The notes beneath the pieces were generated by a model, which saw only the letters and a list, made by a program, of their open reading frames with translations, was not told where the DNA came from and searched no databases. Of a DNA stretch of 64,000 nt, positions 54,026 to 63,792 are shown piece by piece; within the stretch, counting starts at the first letter, position 1, and every line of letters starts with the position of its first letter. Position numbers and translations under genes: made by a program. The stretch is from an uncultured Victivallales bacterium. GTDB lineage: Bacteria; Verrucomicrobiota; Lentisphaeria; Victivallales; UBA1829. Where the stretch lies: NCBI GenBank assembly GCA_964462755.1, contig CAYWZD010000001.1, forward strand, positions 1,957 through 65,956, in the 5' to 3' direction.

Positions 54026-55735
54026 CTAAAATTCAACATCACAGAGGGGGAAACGGCTTTCCTGCGGAAGAATATTGTTCGTCAAAGTTATTTCCCCGCA
54101 GTTGGAAAGTTCTATTGCTTTGCCCGGTTTCTGGCTGTGATAGGTATCGTCTTTTATCCAGCGGTTTCCAGCAAATACGAGATCGTCAGTCCAACTGGCT
54201 TTCAGCATTCGCCCGTGGGAGTCTTTGAATTCGTTGTCCAGAATTCGGATATGACGATGATAGAAACTGTCCAACATATCCATTGAGGGATGAAATGCTA
54301 TGACCGCCTGGGCGGCTCCGGAACAGCCGAGGTAAAAACAATTATCAAAGAGATTGTTCCGGATCAGCATATCATTCACCGGCCCCGCCTCAAACCAGTA
54401 ACTGGAATCTCCCGCGACATAAATGGCGGCCCCCGGAGTATGAAAAACATTGTTTTCTATGACAGCATGTCCTCCACTGGAACAGAGAACCCCGCGAGGC
54501 TGATTTCCCCGAAACACACAGTCCCGGATCAGCACATCGGGTTGTCGGTCCAGATTCAGAACTGGAGCCGCAAAAGGGGTATCTTCCGGAATGGGTTCGG
54601 CGGTATCAAACCAGGCATACTGTTTACCGTCTTCGAGAAAACTCACGGTATAACATCTGCCGTCAATCAGCAGGTGTTCCCCCACTTCCGCAAAAGGGAC
54701 CCCGAACTGCTGGTAATGTCCCGCACGCAGAAAATGAACCTTATTTTCCCGGGGGATGTATGAACGATAGACTCCGTGGATATTGACAGCATCGTCCCAC
54801 TGATTCTCAAAACAGCAATTCCGCAGGACGATCCGTCCGCCGCAGTTGGCAAAATGAACGGCATCATCGGAAACGGAGACGGATCTGCCGCTTCCGGGGC
54901 GGCCCCCCACACGGACTTGCTCCAGTGCAATGTCAAAGGAGTTCTGGGCCACCACCCCCATGCCGCTGGCTGAATGGATTGTCAGATCTCTGATCGCCAC
55001 CTGACGACAGGCATCCAGAACGATTCCGGGCGTCAGACGAGCTTCCGGCTTCATGACAATCCGTTCTCCCGGAAAAGCTTTACCATACCGGTTGGGGAAA
55101 CGGACCAATCCGGGCGCGATCTCCTGAACGGTAATGTCAACCAAGCCGGATTCCCGCCCTTCCATCCGTTCCCGGCGGACCGTATCGAAGACCTCCCAAG
55201 GGAAGGAGTCCTTCATGAATTTGAAGTCATCATTGATGAAACATATCTTGCCGTCAAGAATCCAGTAGGGGCGTTCCTTTGGGAAACGGAGGGTAATAGA
55301 ACTGTCATCACAGGATTCCACGTCGGCTTCCACCATGGAGGGGATCGCAAAATCAATGGTGATTCCGCTGAGTCTGAGGTTCAGGACACGGAAAAAGCGA
55401 AACGGAACCACTCGTCCGTGAAAGATAAATTCCGCATGATCGCCTTCAAGGGTAAAACCGTCCCTGTCTTCGACATGAAAGATCAGTTTTTTCAGACCTT
55501 CATCATTATTGGTGACATAGACATACCTTGTCTCCGCGCCCTCCGGATAAAAATGATAAGCCCCTTCCGGAAAAAAGATTCCCTCTTTTTCCGAACGGAG
55601 CGCTTCTGCAACGGCAGGGGTCCAGTTCTCCCCGGATTTGAAACTGCTGAAGTCCTGAATATTTTTCTTCAATATCGTCATTTCTGCACTGTTCCCGGTA
55701 TAATTTTTAAACGCGGAAGAGCTGTCCTTCTGCAT
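54026..55735 (-). CDS. cytoplasmic right-handed beta-helix glycosidase (GH110-like alpha-galactosidase type, tentative)
   Basis: IFFPEGAYHFYPEGAETRYVYVTNNDEGLKKLIFHVEDRDGFTLEGDHAEFIFHGRV, followed by repeated beta-helix turns (NNVFHTPG...IRNNLFDNC). An alternative start at 55681 (MTILKK) would remove the 29-nt overlap with the upstream gene. Confidence 0.8.
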   Translation of the reverse strand: MQKDSSSAFKNYTGNSAEMTILKKNIQDFSSFKSGENWTPAVAEALRSEKEGIFFPEGAYHFYPEGAETRYVYVTNNDEGLKKLIFHVEDRDGFTLEGDHAEFIFHGRVVPFRFFRVLNLRLSGITIDFAIPSMVEADVESCDDSSITLRFPKERPYWILDGKICFINDDFKFMKDSFPWEVFDTVRRERMEGRESGLVDITVQEIAPGLVRFPNRYGKAFPGERIVMKPEARLTPGIVLDACRQVAIRDLTIHSASGMGVVAQNSFDIALEQVRVGGRPGSGRSVSVSDDAVHFANCGGRIVLRNCCFENQWDDAVNIHGVYRSYIPRENKVHFLRAGHYQQFGVPFAEVGEHLLIDGRCYTVSFLEDGKQYAWFDTAEPIPEDTPFAAPVLNLDRQPDVLIRDCVFRGNQPRGVLCSSGGHAVIENNVFHTPGAAIYVAGDSSYWFEAGPVNDMLIRNNLFDNCFYLGCSGAAQAVIAFHPSMDMLDSFYHRHIRILDNEFKDSHGRMLKASWTDDLVFAGNRWIKDDTYHSQKPGKAIELSNCGEITLTNNILPQESRFPLCDVEF

Positions 55736-57884
55736 CCGTTCGGAGTGTAGCTGTTTCTCCTTTCCGGAGCGGAATCGTCAGCAAATTTTCTGAATCCGCT
55801 GTACGGATGCGGATCTCCGTATTTCTGGAAGCCGTCAGAACAAGGGATTTTGTATGCCCTTTTTCATATCGTCCGGAAGCCCGAATGCCGCCCGGCAATC
55901 TCATCTCTTTCATCTCCGCATAGGTCCATTTTTTGGGAATCCCGTAGAAGAAATGCAATTCTCCATCCTCGGAATTGGTCAGAAGGTCCTGAACCGCCGT
56001 GACCGCCCCCATGGCTCCGTCCATCTGCATGATTTCCCCCCGGAGATCGGCGATGAAGGTCAGTCCCGGAAACCACGCGTCATGGAGGGAACCGCCGCCT
56101 TCATTGTTGAAACATTTCTTCCAGAGTTCCAAAATCAGTACCGCCATCTCGGAGTGCTTCATCCGGCTGCGGATTTGAGAAGCCCAAGGCATACACCAGC
56201 CGGTCCAGGTTCCCATCCCGCTTTTGGTCCATTGGAAAATTGAGTTGTCGATGACTTTTTTCCAGTAGGGGTCGCGAATATTCAAAATGTCAAAAGGAAC
56301 CAGTCCGCCCAAATGGGAATGATGGCGGTGGCTTTCCCGCAGTTTCAGTCCTTTCCATAATGCGATCTCCGCTTGGTCTCCCCGGCCGGAAATCGCGCAG
56401 AGTGGAAGTTTTTCCTCCACTTCAAGCCAGAAAGGATCCGGCTCGACATCAAGCCACCGGGCCGCTGTCAGCAGGTTTCTGGCCAGCCGGTGAACAGCGG
56501 CCAGCTGAAAACTGGAATTAATGCCCCATGCATTCATTCCTGCATCCCGGTACTCCGGAGAAACGCTGACGGGAAGTTCCAGCGTCCCGTTCTTTTTCCG
56601 GATGATCATTTTCCGGAAGACCCGCATCGTGCCGCACATGAAATCAAAGACTTTATCCCGGAGATAATCCCGATCGCTGTTCATATCGCAGTAGTCGAAC
56701 ATCATTTGAGAAATCCATGCGGCGCAGGCATGATTGATGCTGCCGGTCCAGAAATTGCCCATGCAAGTGCAGCGGTCATCCACCGCATGGGGCAGCATGT
56801 ATCCGTCATTGATTCCCGCAAAACACTTTGCGTTGTGCCGAAGGATCTCCCTCCAGGAGAAGATCATCTCGAAGAGAAGTTTCAGATGGTCTCCGAGCCC
56901 CGCCTTCAATCCGGGAGAATTGCACAACTGCACATTGATATTGAAATGGTAGTCCCCCTGCCATGGCGGCAACCGGTCATCTTCTATCCATGGCCCCTGA
57001 AGTCCGGGGGAAGTCCCCGCGGGATTTGTCATAATGCCGTATTTATACATTCCGTGATAATAGATTTCCTCCAGATCGGGATGGTCAAGAGCGATCATGG
57101 GGACCCGTTCCCAGTAATTGTTCCACCAGGAACTTCCCGAGGCGAAGATTTCAGCAAAAGAGGGAAGAGATTTTTCCGCGTAATCTTTCAGCGGCGCATT
57201 CCCCCGAAACAGCGAAAAAGCAAACTCATCTCCATTTTGTTTCATGACCGCAATACAAGCCGGATCTTCCGGGAGCTCCTGACGGAATCCCTGGACCGAT
57301 CCGGCATTCAGCCGTTCCGGAGGGGAAAACCCGTGTTCTTCCAGTGAATTGTGCTCACAAAGTTCATGTTGTTTAAAATCCCGGCCGCGGAAAATATCCC
57401 AGGAGGGAATCAGTCGGACTTCGGCTTTCTCGGGAACCCCCTGACAGACGAGTCCGTCCCGGCACAACATGTCGCAGCAGAAACGGAGGCATTTCTCTAT
57501 TTCCTCCGGAGTTTTGAAGATGACTTCAGTCATCCCGGTTTCCAAAGTCAATTCATGACGCAAGAGAACGGAACCTTCCGGCAGGGTGATGCTGATGCGT
57601 CCCACCGGGATCAGACTCGGACAAGTCACGGTTCCGGCCTTATCCCGAGCAAAAATCCGGTTTATCTCCGCCTGATCTTTGCGTTGCAATGCCTCGCAGA
57701 CAGCCTCCCAGTTCTGCCGATCCCGGATAGGCATGCCGCCCCGATGATCCCACAGATCCCCGCAGCCCGCCGTTATATGGAGTGTATTGTTTTCTCCCCA
57801 TAAAAGAAAGCCGAGTTTTCCGTTGCCCAGCATGGCACCGCACTGAATCCTCGGAAGAGGAAAAGCTTTTGTGATGACAGTCAT
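55707..57884 (-). CDS. cytoplasmic GH95-like six-hairpin glycosidase (alpha-L-fucosidase/galactosidase type, tentative), 725 aa
   Basis: MTVITKAFPLPRIQCGAMLGNGKLGFLLWGENNTLHI at the N-terminus, and GDYHFNINVQLCNSP, which resembles the GH95 (D/N)xNINxxMNYW segment. The ATG at 57884 has an AAGGAGG SD. The track ORF to 58172 is an Arg/Ser-rich extension overlapping the upstream gene. Confidence 0.75.
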   Translation of the reverse strand: MTVITKAFPLPRIQCGAMLGNGKLGFLLWGENNTLHITAGCGDLWDHRGGMPIRDRQNWEAVCEALQRKDQAEINRIFARDKAGTVTCPSLIPVGRISITLPEGSVLLRHELTLETGMTEVIFKTPEEIEKCLRFCCDMLCRDGLVCQGVPEKAEVRLIPSWDIFRGRDFKQHELCEHNSLEEHGFSPPERLNAGSVQGFRQELPEDPACIAVMKQNGDEFAFSLFRGNAPLKDYAEKSLPSFAEIFASGSSWWNNYWERVPMIALDHPDLEEIYYHGMYKYGIMTNPAGTSPGLQGPWIEDDRLPPWQGDYHFNINVQLCNSPGLKAGLGDHLKLLFEMIFSWREILRHNAKCFAGINDGYMLPHAVDDRCTCMGNFWTGSINHACAAWISQMMFDYCDMNSDRDYLRDKVFDFMCGTMRVFRKMIIRKKNGTLELPVSVSPEYRDAGMNAWGINSSFQLAAVHRLARNLLTAARWLDVEPDPFWLEVEEKLPLCAISGRGDQAEIALWKGLKLRESHRHHSHLGGLVPFDILNIRDPYWKKVIDNSIFQWTKSGMGTWTGWCMPWASQIRSRMKHSEMAVLILELWKKCFNNEGGGSLHDAWFPGLTFIADLRGEIMQMDGAMGAVTAVQDLLTNSEDGELHFFYGIPKKWTYAEMKEMRLPGGIRASGRYEKGHTKSLVLTASRNTEIRIRTADSENLLTIPLRKGETATLRTDAEGQLFRV

Positions 57885-57981
57885 CGGAAAACACCTCCTT
57901 TCTGAAGGTTCTGCTGTTTTTAATTTCCATGGGATCGCGGATTGATGCCGTATCGCAAAATACAGAAAAATGTCCTTCCCG

Positions 57982-59004
57982 TTAGAAATCGTAATGGATG
58001 CGCTCCGGCGTGCCGGTTTCCGCCGAACGGATGGCGGCTTCCGCGAAGGCGACGGTACAAGTTCCTTCGCGTTCATCGGTCGGAAATGGCTTTCCGGCGG
58101 CGATGTGATCGACGAAATCCGCCAGTTCGTCCCGGACATTGTGCGACTGAACCCGGACCGGTATTTCGGCAAATGCCGCTTCTCCTGACGCCATCGTCAC
58201 GGACTCTTCGCAAATTTGAATTTTGCTGCTTGTATTGTCGCAGATGATGGTTCCGGCGGTGCCGTAAATCACCGTCCGCATCGTATAGGGACGTTTGACG
58301 CCGATGGAAACGAAGAGACGCCCGATGACGGAATCCGGAAATTTGACGACGGCTTCCGCCGTGTCCGCCGTCGGCCACGACGGGAGGAATTTATGGTTCA
58401 TGTAGGCGAACACCTCCAGCGGGTTTCCGGCAAGCCAGCGCATCAGATCGAGCGCATGACATCCGCCGCCGAGGAATCCCTGCCGGCGGATGTCCGGGGA
58501 ACAGCGCCAGTTCTGCCATCCGGGGCAGAGGGAATAATCATGAGCGTATTCACTTTCCAGCGCAACCAGTTCCCCGATTCGTCCGGAACCGAGTAACTGT
58601 TTCGCCAGCTTGAAGCCCGGAGCATACCGGCAGACCTGTCCTGTCATGAAGGAACGGGAGGTCTTTTTTACCGCCGCGAGGATTTCCCGGCATTCAGCCA
58701 CCGTCGGCGCCAACGGCTTTTCACAGATGACATGTTTGCCGGCATGCAGGGCCCGGACAGCCTGTTTCATGTGAAGGTGATCCGGCGTGGCAACCACGAT
58801 GATATCGGCGTCGGAATTATAAATCTCCTCTTCCGAAGCGGCCAGCGGAATTCTCTTTTCCCTGAAATATTCGCGGTTGATCCGCGGATTCGAATCGAAG
58901 GCCGGATCAAAAACTTTAATAAGCCGTGTTTGCGGCAAGTCAACCGCCGCTTGTCCCCACGCATCCCCCATGCCCAATCCAAGAACCGCCACGCGGTATT
59001 CCAT
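57982..59004 (-). CDS. Gfo/Idh/MocA-family oxidoreductase (third copy)
   Basis: MEYRVAVLGLGMGDAWGQAAV...ICEKPLA... follows the family layout. The ATG at 59004 has a GGAGGA SD 9 nt upstream (alternative start 59019). The track start at 59157 is an extension. Confidence 0.85.
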   Translation of the reverse strand: MEYRVAVLGLGMGDAWGQAAVDLPQTRLIKVFDPAFDSNPRINREYFREKRIPLAASEEEIYNSDADIIVVATPDHLHMKQAVRALHAGKHVICEKPLAPTVAECREILAAVKKTSRSFMTGQVCRYAPGFKLAKQLLGSGRIGELVALESEYAHDYSLCPGWQNWRCSPDIRRQGFLGGGCHALDLMRWLAGNPLEVFAYMNHKFLPSWPTADTAEAVVKFPDSVIGRLFVSIGVKRPYTMRTVIYGTAGTIICDNTSSKIQICEESVTMASGEAAFAEIPVRVQSHNVRDELADFVDHIAAGKPFPTDEREGTCTVAFAEAAIRSAETGTPERIHYDF

Positions 59005-59156
59005 GCCGACATCCTCCATGCTTTCTTTCTGTTTCCCGATTTCCCATGTCCGAATCCGGAAAGAAGTCTCTTCGGATTCATTCTGGGTATAAGGTAGTCC
59101 GGCACGGGAATGAATGCAACCATTTCCGATTGTATTATATTCCTTTTTTATTGCCA

Positions 59157-59184
59157 TTGATTATGACTGAAAAACGTGTATATT
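59157..59184 (+). promoter_or_regulatory. candidate sigma70-type promoter, TTGATT-16-TATATT, for the AraC gene
   Basis: Sequence caTTGATTatgactgaaaaacgtgTATATTtt lies about 40 nt upstream of the ATG at 59225. Confidence 0.4.
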
Positions 59185-59224
59185 TTATAATATCAACGAA
59201 AAAGAAGGATTTATTGATTTGCTT

Positions 59225-60097
59225 ATGTTATCAGATTCAGTAAAAGTCAGGAATTACCGGAGGGTTCGGCATCCCTTCAACGGGTCCAACGCTTTTGAAC
59301 TGCTGGACATCGTGGAAAACGGTCCGCTGGAACCACAGGGAGACACCCATTTCGATCCGCAGATCATTCTTGTGCTGTCGGGGGAATTCGAAATGCGTTA
59401 TCAGGATTTCAGCCGGGTCTGCCGCAGCGGCGAACTCTGTCTGACCGGGATCTGGGAGCCGCATTCGGCCAGACTGAGGCCGGGCCGGGTAAGATACCTG
59501 GTCATTACCATGGATTTGAATCTGATCGGAACGGTTTCTCCGTTTCACGACATCGATTGGCTTCGTCCGTTTCTGCTGAAACCTTCGGAACGTCCCGGAA
59601 CCGGTTCCCGCCGGGAACGTGCCGGATTACTGTTGACCGCTCGAAGATTATTGCATCTGCGGCGAAGCCGGATTGCCGGGTATCGGACCGGGCAATGGCT
59701 GGAGATTCACCGTCTGCTCTGGCAGTTGACGACCCAAATACCGCCAGTGGAAAACGTGTCAGCGACGTCCCTGCTGCAAATCTATCCGGCTCTGCTTTTA
59801 GCCAGAAACGAAGTGAATCGGGTCATTCCTCTGAATGAGGCGGCAGGTGTCTGCGGACTGAGCCGCAGTCGTTTCTGTGCCGTATTCAAATCTCACATGG
59901 GATTGTCGTTCTGGAATTTTGCCCTGCATGGAAGAGTTGTTTGCGCCGCCCGGAAATTGTTGACCTGTTCCGGAATTTCCATGAAACAGATTGCCTTCGA
60001 GCACGGGTTTACCGATGTCAGTCATTTCTACCGGTCATTCCGGAAGATATTTGGCTGTACTCCAAAACGCTTCATCGTCCGCGGCAACGGAAAATGA
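59225..60097 (+). CDS. AraC-family transcriptional regulator (cupin sensor domain plus two HTH motifs)
   Basis: The C-terminal segment EAAGVCGLSRSRFCAVFKSHMGLSFWNFALHGRVVCAARKLLTCSGISMKQIAFEHGFTDVSHFYRSFRKIFGCTPKRF is the AraC signature. The track start at 59219 is a TTG. Confidence 0.9.
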   Translation: MLSDSVKVRNYRRVRHPFNGSNAFELLDIVENGPLEPQGDTHFDPQIILVLSGEFEMRYQDFSRVCRSGELCLTGIWEPHSARLRPGRVRYLVITMDLNLIGTVSPFHDIDWLRPFLLKPSERPGTGSRRERAGLLLTARRLLHLRRSRIAGYRTGQWLEIHRLLWQLTTQIPPVENVSATSLLQIYPALLLARNEVNRVIPLNEAAGVCGLSRSRFCAVFKSHMGLSFWNFALHGRVVCAARKLLTCSGISMKQIAFEHGFTDVSHFYRSFRKIFGCTPKRFIVRGNGK

Positions 60098-60233
60098 CCA
60101 TTCATTTTTAAATTGTCCCTTGACGGTTAGGTTGCGGCAAAGCCATGGACATCGGCGCACGGAATGTATTTGAATTTGATACAGTGTTTGTTCCGCTCCA
60201 GAACATTATCGACATTTTTTTCAAGAATCAACT

Positions 60234-60261
60234 TTGACAAGACAGATCCCCCGGATATAAT
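60234..60261 (+). promoter_or_regulatory. near-consensus sigma70-type promoter, TTGACA-16-TATAAT, for the GH9 gene
   Basis: Read directly: cTTGACAagacagatcccccggaTATAATag, about 50 nt upstream of the ATG at 60313. Confidence 0.5.
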
Positions 60262-60312
60262 AGTGCTCATGGAAAACCAATGCTGAATGCTCAACGAAAA
60301 AGGGGATACTAC

Positions 60313-63300
60313 ATGCAAACCTCAGTCAAAAAAAGATTCATCGCCATTCTTTGGACGTGTGTTACGTTTTCCGTGACGGCGGCGCCGAACCTGGTTCTCA
60401 ACCCATCCATCGACAAGGAGGCTCTCGCGCCGGAATTCGCGATTGTGGAAGATCCAGGCAGCTGCAAACTCACCAGATTCGTCGAGGAAAACGGAAATTC
60501 TGCGCTGAAGTTTGAACTCACAAAAATCCGTGCCAAGGACAACCGCCGGATGGTGAATGTAAGTTTCCGGATCGGCGGCGACAAACAGGGAGACGGTTTT
60601 CCATGCAAGCCGGACACGGTTTACAACATCTCCTTCTCCATGAAAGGCACGATCAACCGCTGCATGGGATGTTTCTTCGAGTGGGACGGACTGCCAACCT
60701 CGTGGAAAAACCGCAAGAAAATCCGCATCCAGCAAATTCACCTGATGCATCCGAAAGACGGCTGGGTCACCTGCAAAGCCTCCTTCAAGACGGGTCCGAA
60801 CGCAAAACGCGTTGCGCCGGGTCTCTGTTTCTGGGCCGACGCCCCCTCCATTCAGGAAAAGGAAGGCGACTACATTCTCGTTGACAACATCGTCGTCGAA
60901 GAGGCCGAGAGCGCCGCGGCATCCCCTGCTCCGGCTCCGGGAAAACCGCCGACGGCTGCCGGAAACGCACAGAAGGCCGTGGAGGAAAATCTTGTTCAAA
61001 ATCCGTCTTTCGATGGAACGGCTCCGGGGGTGCCCCCGACCGGCTGGCAGATTTCCAAAGCCAACCTTTCCTTTTTGACGGTTCGGGACGGCATTGCACA
61101 CATCGTCATGCCGAATGAAAAGGAGTTCAACTTACGTAGTTCCCTGATTACGCTCAATCAAAAAGTTCCGAAACCGATCCGGTTCGGGCTCACGATGAAG
61201 GGAGAAACCGCCCCTTCCGATTGGCGGTACGGTCTGATTCTGGATGCGCTGGAATATCAGGACGGGAGCAAAGGCGGCTGGTCGGACACCCATTTCATAT
61301 TCCAGACGTCTTCCAGAGCATGGCTTCCGCAAACCACTATTTTTGAACCGAAAAAGCCGATAAAATCGTTTCGTCTTCTGTTTCTCTGTTCCAATGCGAC
61401 CGACCTTCAGATCAAGGATATCTTTGCGAAGGAAATCGAGCCTCTTCGTTCCACCCCCAACGCCGGACTGAATTATGACGGCAGCCATCCGACAAACCTC
61501 GTCTCCAACGGCAATTTCGAGATCGTTTCCAAAGGCACTCCCAAAAACTGGATTCCCTTTTTCAACACGCATCCGCTCTACCGCCAGCTTCCGGCGCGGA
61601 TCAATGCCGCGGTGGATGACAAGACACGGCATTCCGGCGACTCATCCCTGCTCCTTTCAGATTCCGGACAGTCTATCGCGGGCGTTGAAAACTACATTTT
61701 CTCGACCATCGACTCCACCCGGAAATTCCGGCTGTCCGGCTGGGTCAAAGCCGACAACGCCACCGGCATGACCTTTCTGGAAGTTCTTTTTTACCGCTGC
61801 TGGCTTCCAATGGGATTCGGGTCCCTTACCGAACACCGGAATTACGGCTCTTACTGGAATATGATCGAACTCGCCGGCTCCCTCCGGACTCCGGTCACGT
61901 CCGGTACTCACGACTGGAAAGAACTGTCCGTCGAGGGCTCGGCTCCGGCGGGGGCGAATCTGGTCCGTTTCCGCATTTACAGCATCAACAATACAGGCAA
62001 AGTCTGGGTGGACGACCTTTTCTTCGACGGTTTCGGCATTGCCCCCATGGAGCTCGTCATGAATCAGTCCGGCTTCCCGGAAAACGGTGAAAAACGGGCA
62101 TTCGTCCGCACCTCTCTGCCGGACACGGAAGGAACATTCCAGCTGAAACAGAACGCCAAAACAGTCTACAGCGGAAATCTGCTTCCGCTCGGAAGAGGGG
62201 AATGGGGACGGAACAACTTTGCCGCCGATTTCTCCAAATTCCGGAAAGAAGGAACCTATACGATCGAGTTCAAAATCGGCAGGGAATGCCTTGAATCAGG
62301 ACCGTTCACCATCTCGAAGGACTTTTTCCGCCAGTTTGCGGAGGAAAGCCGTAAAATGATGTTTTTCCAGCGCTGCGGCTGCGAGGTTCCGGGCGTCCAC
62401 AAGGCCTGCCATCTGGACGACGGACAGCTCCGAAGCAAGCGCGATCTCACAAAAGGCGGAAAGGTCACGGGACACCTCGATCTTTCCGGCGGCTGGCACG
62501 ATGCGGGCGATTATGACAAGTATGTCGCCTGCGAAGTTCTCCCGGTCATCACCCTGCTCCGGCTTTCCGAACGATTCCACTCACCGGAATTTTATGACGA
62601 GGCCTCCTGGGGCGCGGCGCACATCATGAAAGCAGTCCAGCCCGACGGAAAAATCTATTGGGCGGTCGAACGGACCAACCGTTTCGGCGATATCCGGATG
62701 GATCAGATCTCTCCCGACAAGGAAACGGACAATATCGTCGGCAACGAGGATGACCGGCTGGCGATCGGTCCCGGCTACTGTATCCGCACCCCGTTGGCGC
62801 TCACGGAATATCACCTTTATGCCAAAGACAGGAACAAGTCGAAAGCCGAAGAAGCTCTCCGCAAAGCGTTTCTGTCACGCAACGCCTTCATGAAGAATTT
62901 CCGGTTCAATGAGAAGAGCACATGGGTCCTCCACATGCCGCTGGTCGTCCAGACCGAATGCAACTTCTACAAAATCACCGGCAAGAAAGAATATCTGGAC
63001 TCCGCCCGGAAATACCTCAAAATCATTCTGGACAACATCGAACGGTGCAACCGGACGGGAGACTGGAAAAACGTGGAACTGGACTCCCATTATTATCCAT
63101 ATGCCGCCCTTGGCGTTCCGATGCGTTTTGCGCTGGCATATCCGGACGATCCGCTCGTGCCTGAAATCAAAAAAGCGGTCAGGGGATACATCGACCTCGA
63201 AATTCTGCCGTCGGTGAAAAGCACGACTTTCGGAATTCTGGACGCCCGTAAAAAAATGGAACAGGGAAGAACCACCAATCACACCTCGATCTGGCAGCTC

Positions 63301-63750
63301 GGCGCGGCTTCGACTATGGCCGTCGCGGCGGAGCTTTTCCGCGATAAGGATTATCTGACAGATGCCGAACGGCTTTATCAATATGTGTTCGGGGTGAATC
63401 CGGCGGGAATGTCTCTCGTTACCGGACACGGCTGGAAAGCCATGCCGATCATGTCCGCCGCCAGCGGAATTCCCGGACGCACCAACGGAACGGTTGTGCC
63501 GGGCGCGATTTACAAGGGAATCCGCCGCGGACTCGGCAATGCGCCCTATGCAAGCGCGGCCAATCTCAATAACGGGTTCTTCTACAATAATCTGGACCAT
63601 CCGCGCGGATACCCTGTCTCGGCTGTCGCGCACAACATGCCGATCTGGGGAATTGACTTCGGACAGGAATTGTGGGAAGCCACCAACGCCGTCTTCATGA
63701 TGGCGACCGATGATATTCTTTCCGCCCGGAAAGCCTTGAACATTCAATAG
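60313..63750 (+). CDS. secreted multi-modular GH9-family glycoside hydrolase (1145 aa): three CBM4/9/22-like modules, an Ig-like (CelD_N-type) module and a GH9 catalytic domain
   Basis: Signal peptide MQTSVKKRFIAILWTCVTFSVTA. Three module starts NLVLNPSID.., NLVQNPSFDGT.., NLVSNGNFE.., and a Pro/Ala linker AAASPAPAPGKPPTAAG. GH9 signature DLSGGWHDAGDYDKY, with the C-terminal acid region GQELWEATNAVF. An AGGGGA RBS is present. Confidence 0.85.
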   Translation: MQTSVKKRFIAILWTCVTFSVTAAPNLVLNPSIDKEALAPEFAIVEDPGSCKLTRFVEENGNSALKFELTKIRAKDNRRMVNVSFRIGGDKQGDGFPCKPDTVYNISFSMKGTINRCMGCFFEWDGLPTSWKNRKKIRIQQIHLMHPKDGWVTCKASFKTGPNAKRVAPGLCFWADAPSIQEKEGDYILVDNIVVEEAESAAASPAPAPGKPPTAAGNAQKAVEENLVQNPSFDGTAPGVPPTGWQISKANLSFLTVRDGIAHIVMPNEKEFNLRSSLITLNQKVPKPIRFGLTMKGETAPSDWRYGLILDALEYQDGSKGGWSDTHFIFQTSSRAWLPQTTIFEPKKPIKSFRLLFLCSNATDLQIKDIFAKEIEPLRSTPNAGLNYDGSHPTNLVSNGNFEIVSKGTPKNWIPFFNTHPLYRQLPARINAAVDDKTRHSGDSSLLLSDSGQSIAGVENYIFSTIDSTRKFRLSGWVKADNATGMTFLEVLFYRCWLPMGFGSLTEHRNYGSYWNMIELAGSLRTPVTSGTHDWKELSVEGSAPAGANLVRFRIYSINNTGKVWVDDLFFDGFGIAPMELVMNQSGFPENGEKRAFVRTSLPDTEGTFQLKQNAKTVYSGNLLPLGRGEWGRNNFAADFSKFRKEGTYTIEFKIGRECLESGPFTISKDFFRQFAEESRKMMFFQRCGCEVPGVHKACHLDDGQLRSKRDLTKGGKVTGHLDLSGGWHDAGDYDKYVACEVLPVITLLRLSERFHSPEFYDEASWGAAHIMKAVQPDGKIYWAVERTNRFGDIRMDQISPDKETDNIVGNEDDRLAIGPGYCIRTPLALTEYHLYAKDRNKSKAEEALRKAFLSRNAFMKNFRFNEKSTWVLHMPLVVQTECNFYKITGKKEYLDSARKYLKIILDNIERCNRTGDWKNVELDSHYYPYAALGVPMRFALAYPDDPLVPEIKKAVRGYIDLEILPSVKSTTFGILDARKKMEQGRTTNHTSIWQLGAASTMAVAAELFRDKDYLTDAERLYQYVFGVNPAGMSLVTGHGWKAMPIMSAASGIPGRTNGTVVPGAIYKGIRRGLGNAPYASAANLNNGFFYNNLDHPRGYPVSAVAHNMPIWGIDFGQELWEATNAVFMMATDDILSARKALNIQ

Positions 63751-63764
63751 CTTCCGACAGACAA

Positions 63765-63792
63765 GGCCGCAAGCCGTCAGATTCTTGCGGCC
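63765..63792. terminator. GC-rich hairpin between convergent genes (candidate bidirectional terminator)
   Basis: GGCCGCAAG [ccgtcagatt] CTTGCGGCC forms 9 perfect base pairs. The loop contains the stop codon of the minus-strand gene. There is no strong U tract. Confidence 0.4.

Noticed and set aside
53806-54042. A 78-aa minus-strand ORF overlapping the end of the GH110-like gene and ending in the 13-bp inverted repeat.
   Set aside because: The first 17 nt overlap the upstream CDS, there is no SD, and the composition is unremarkable. It cannot be supported without coding-potential or conservation data.
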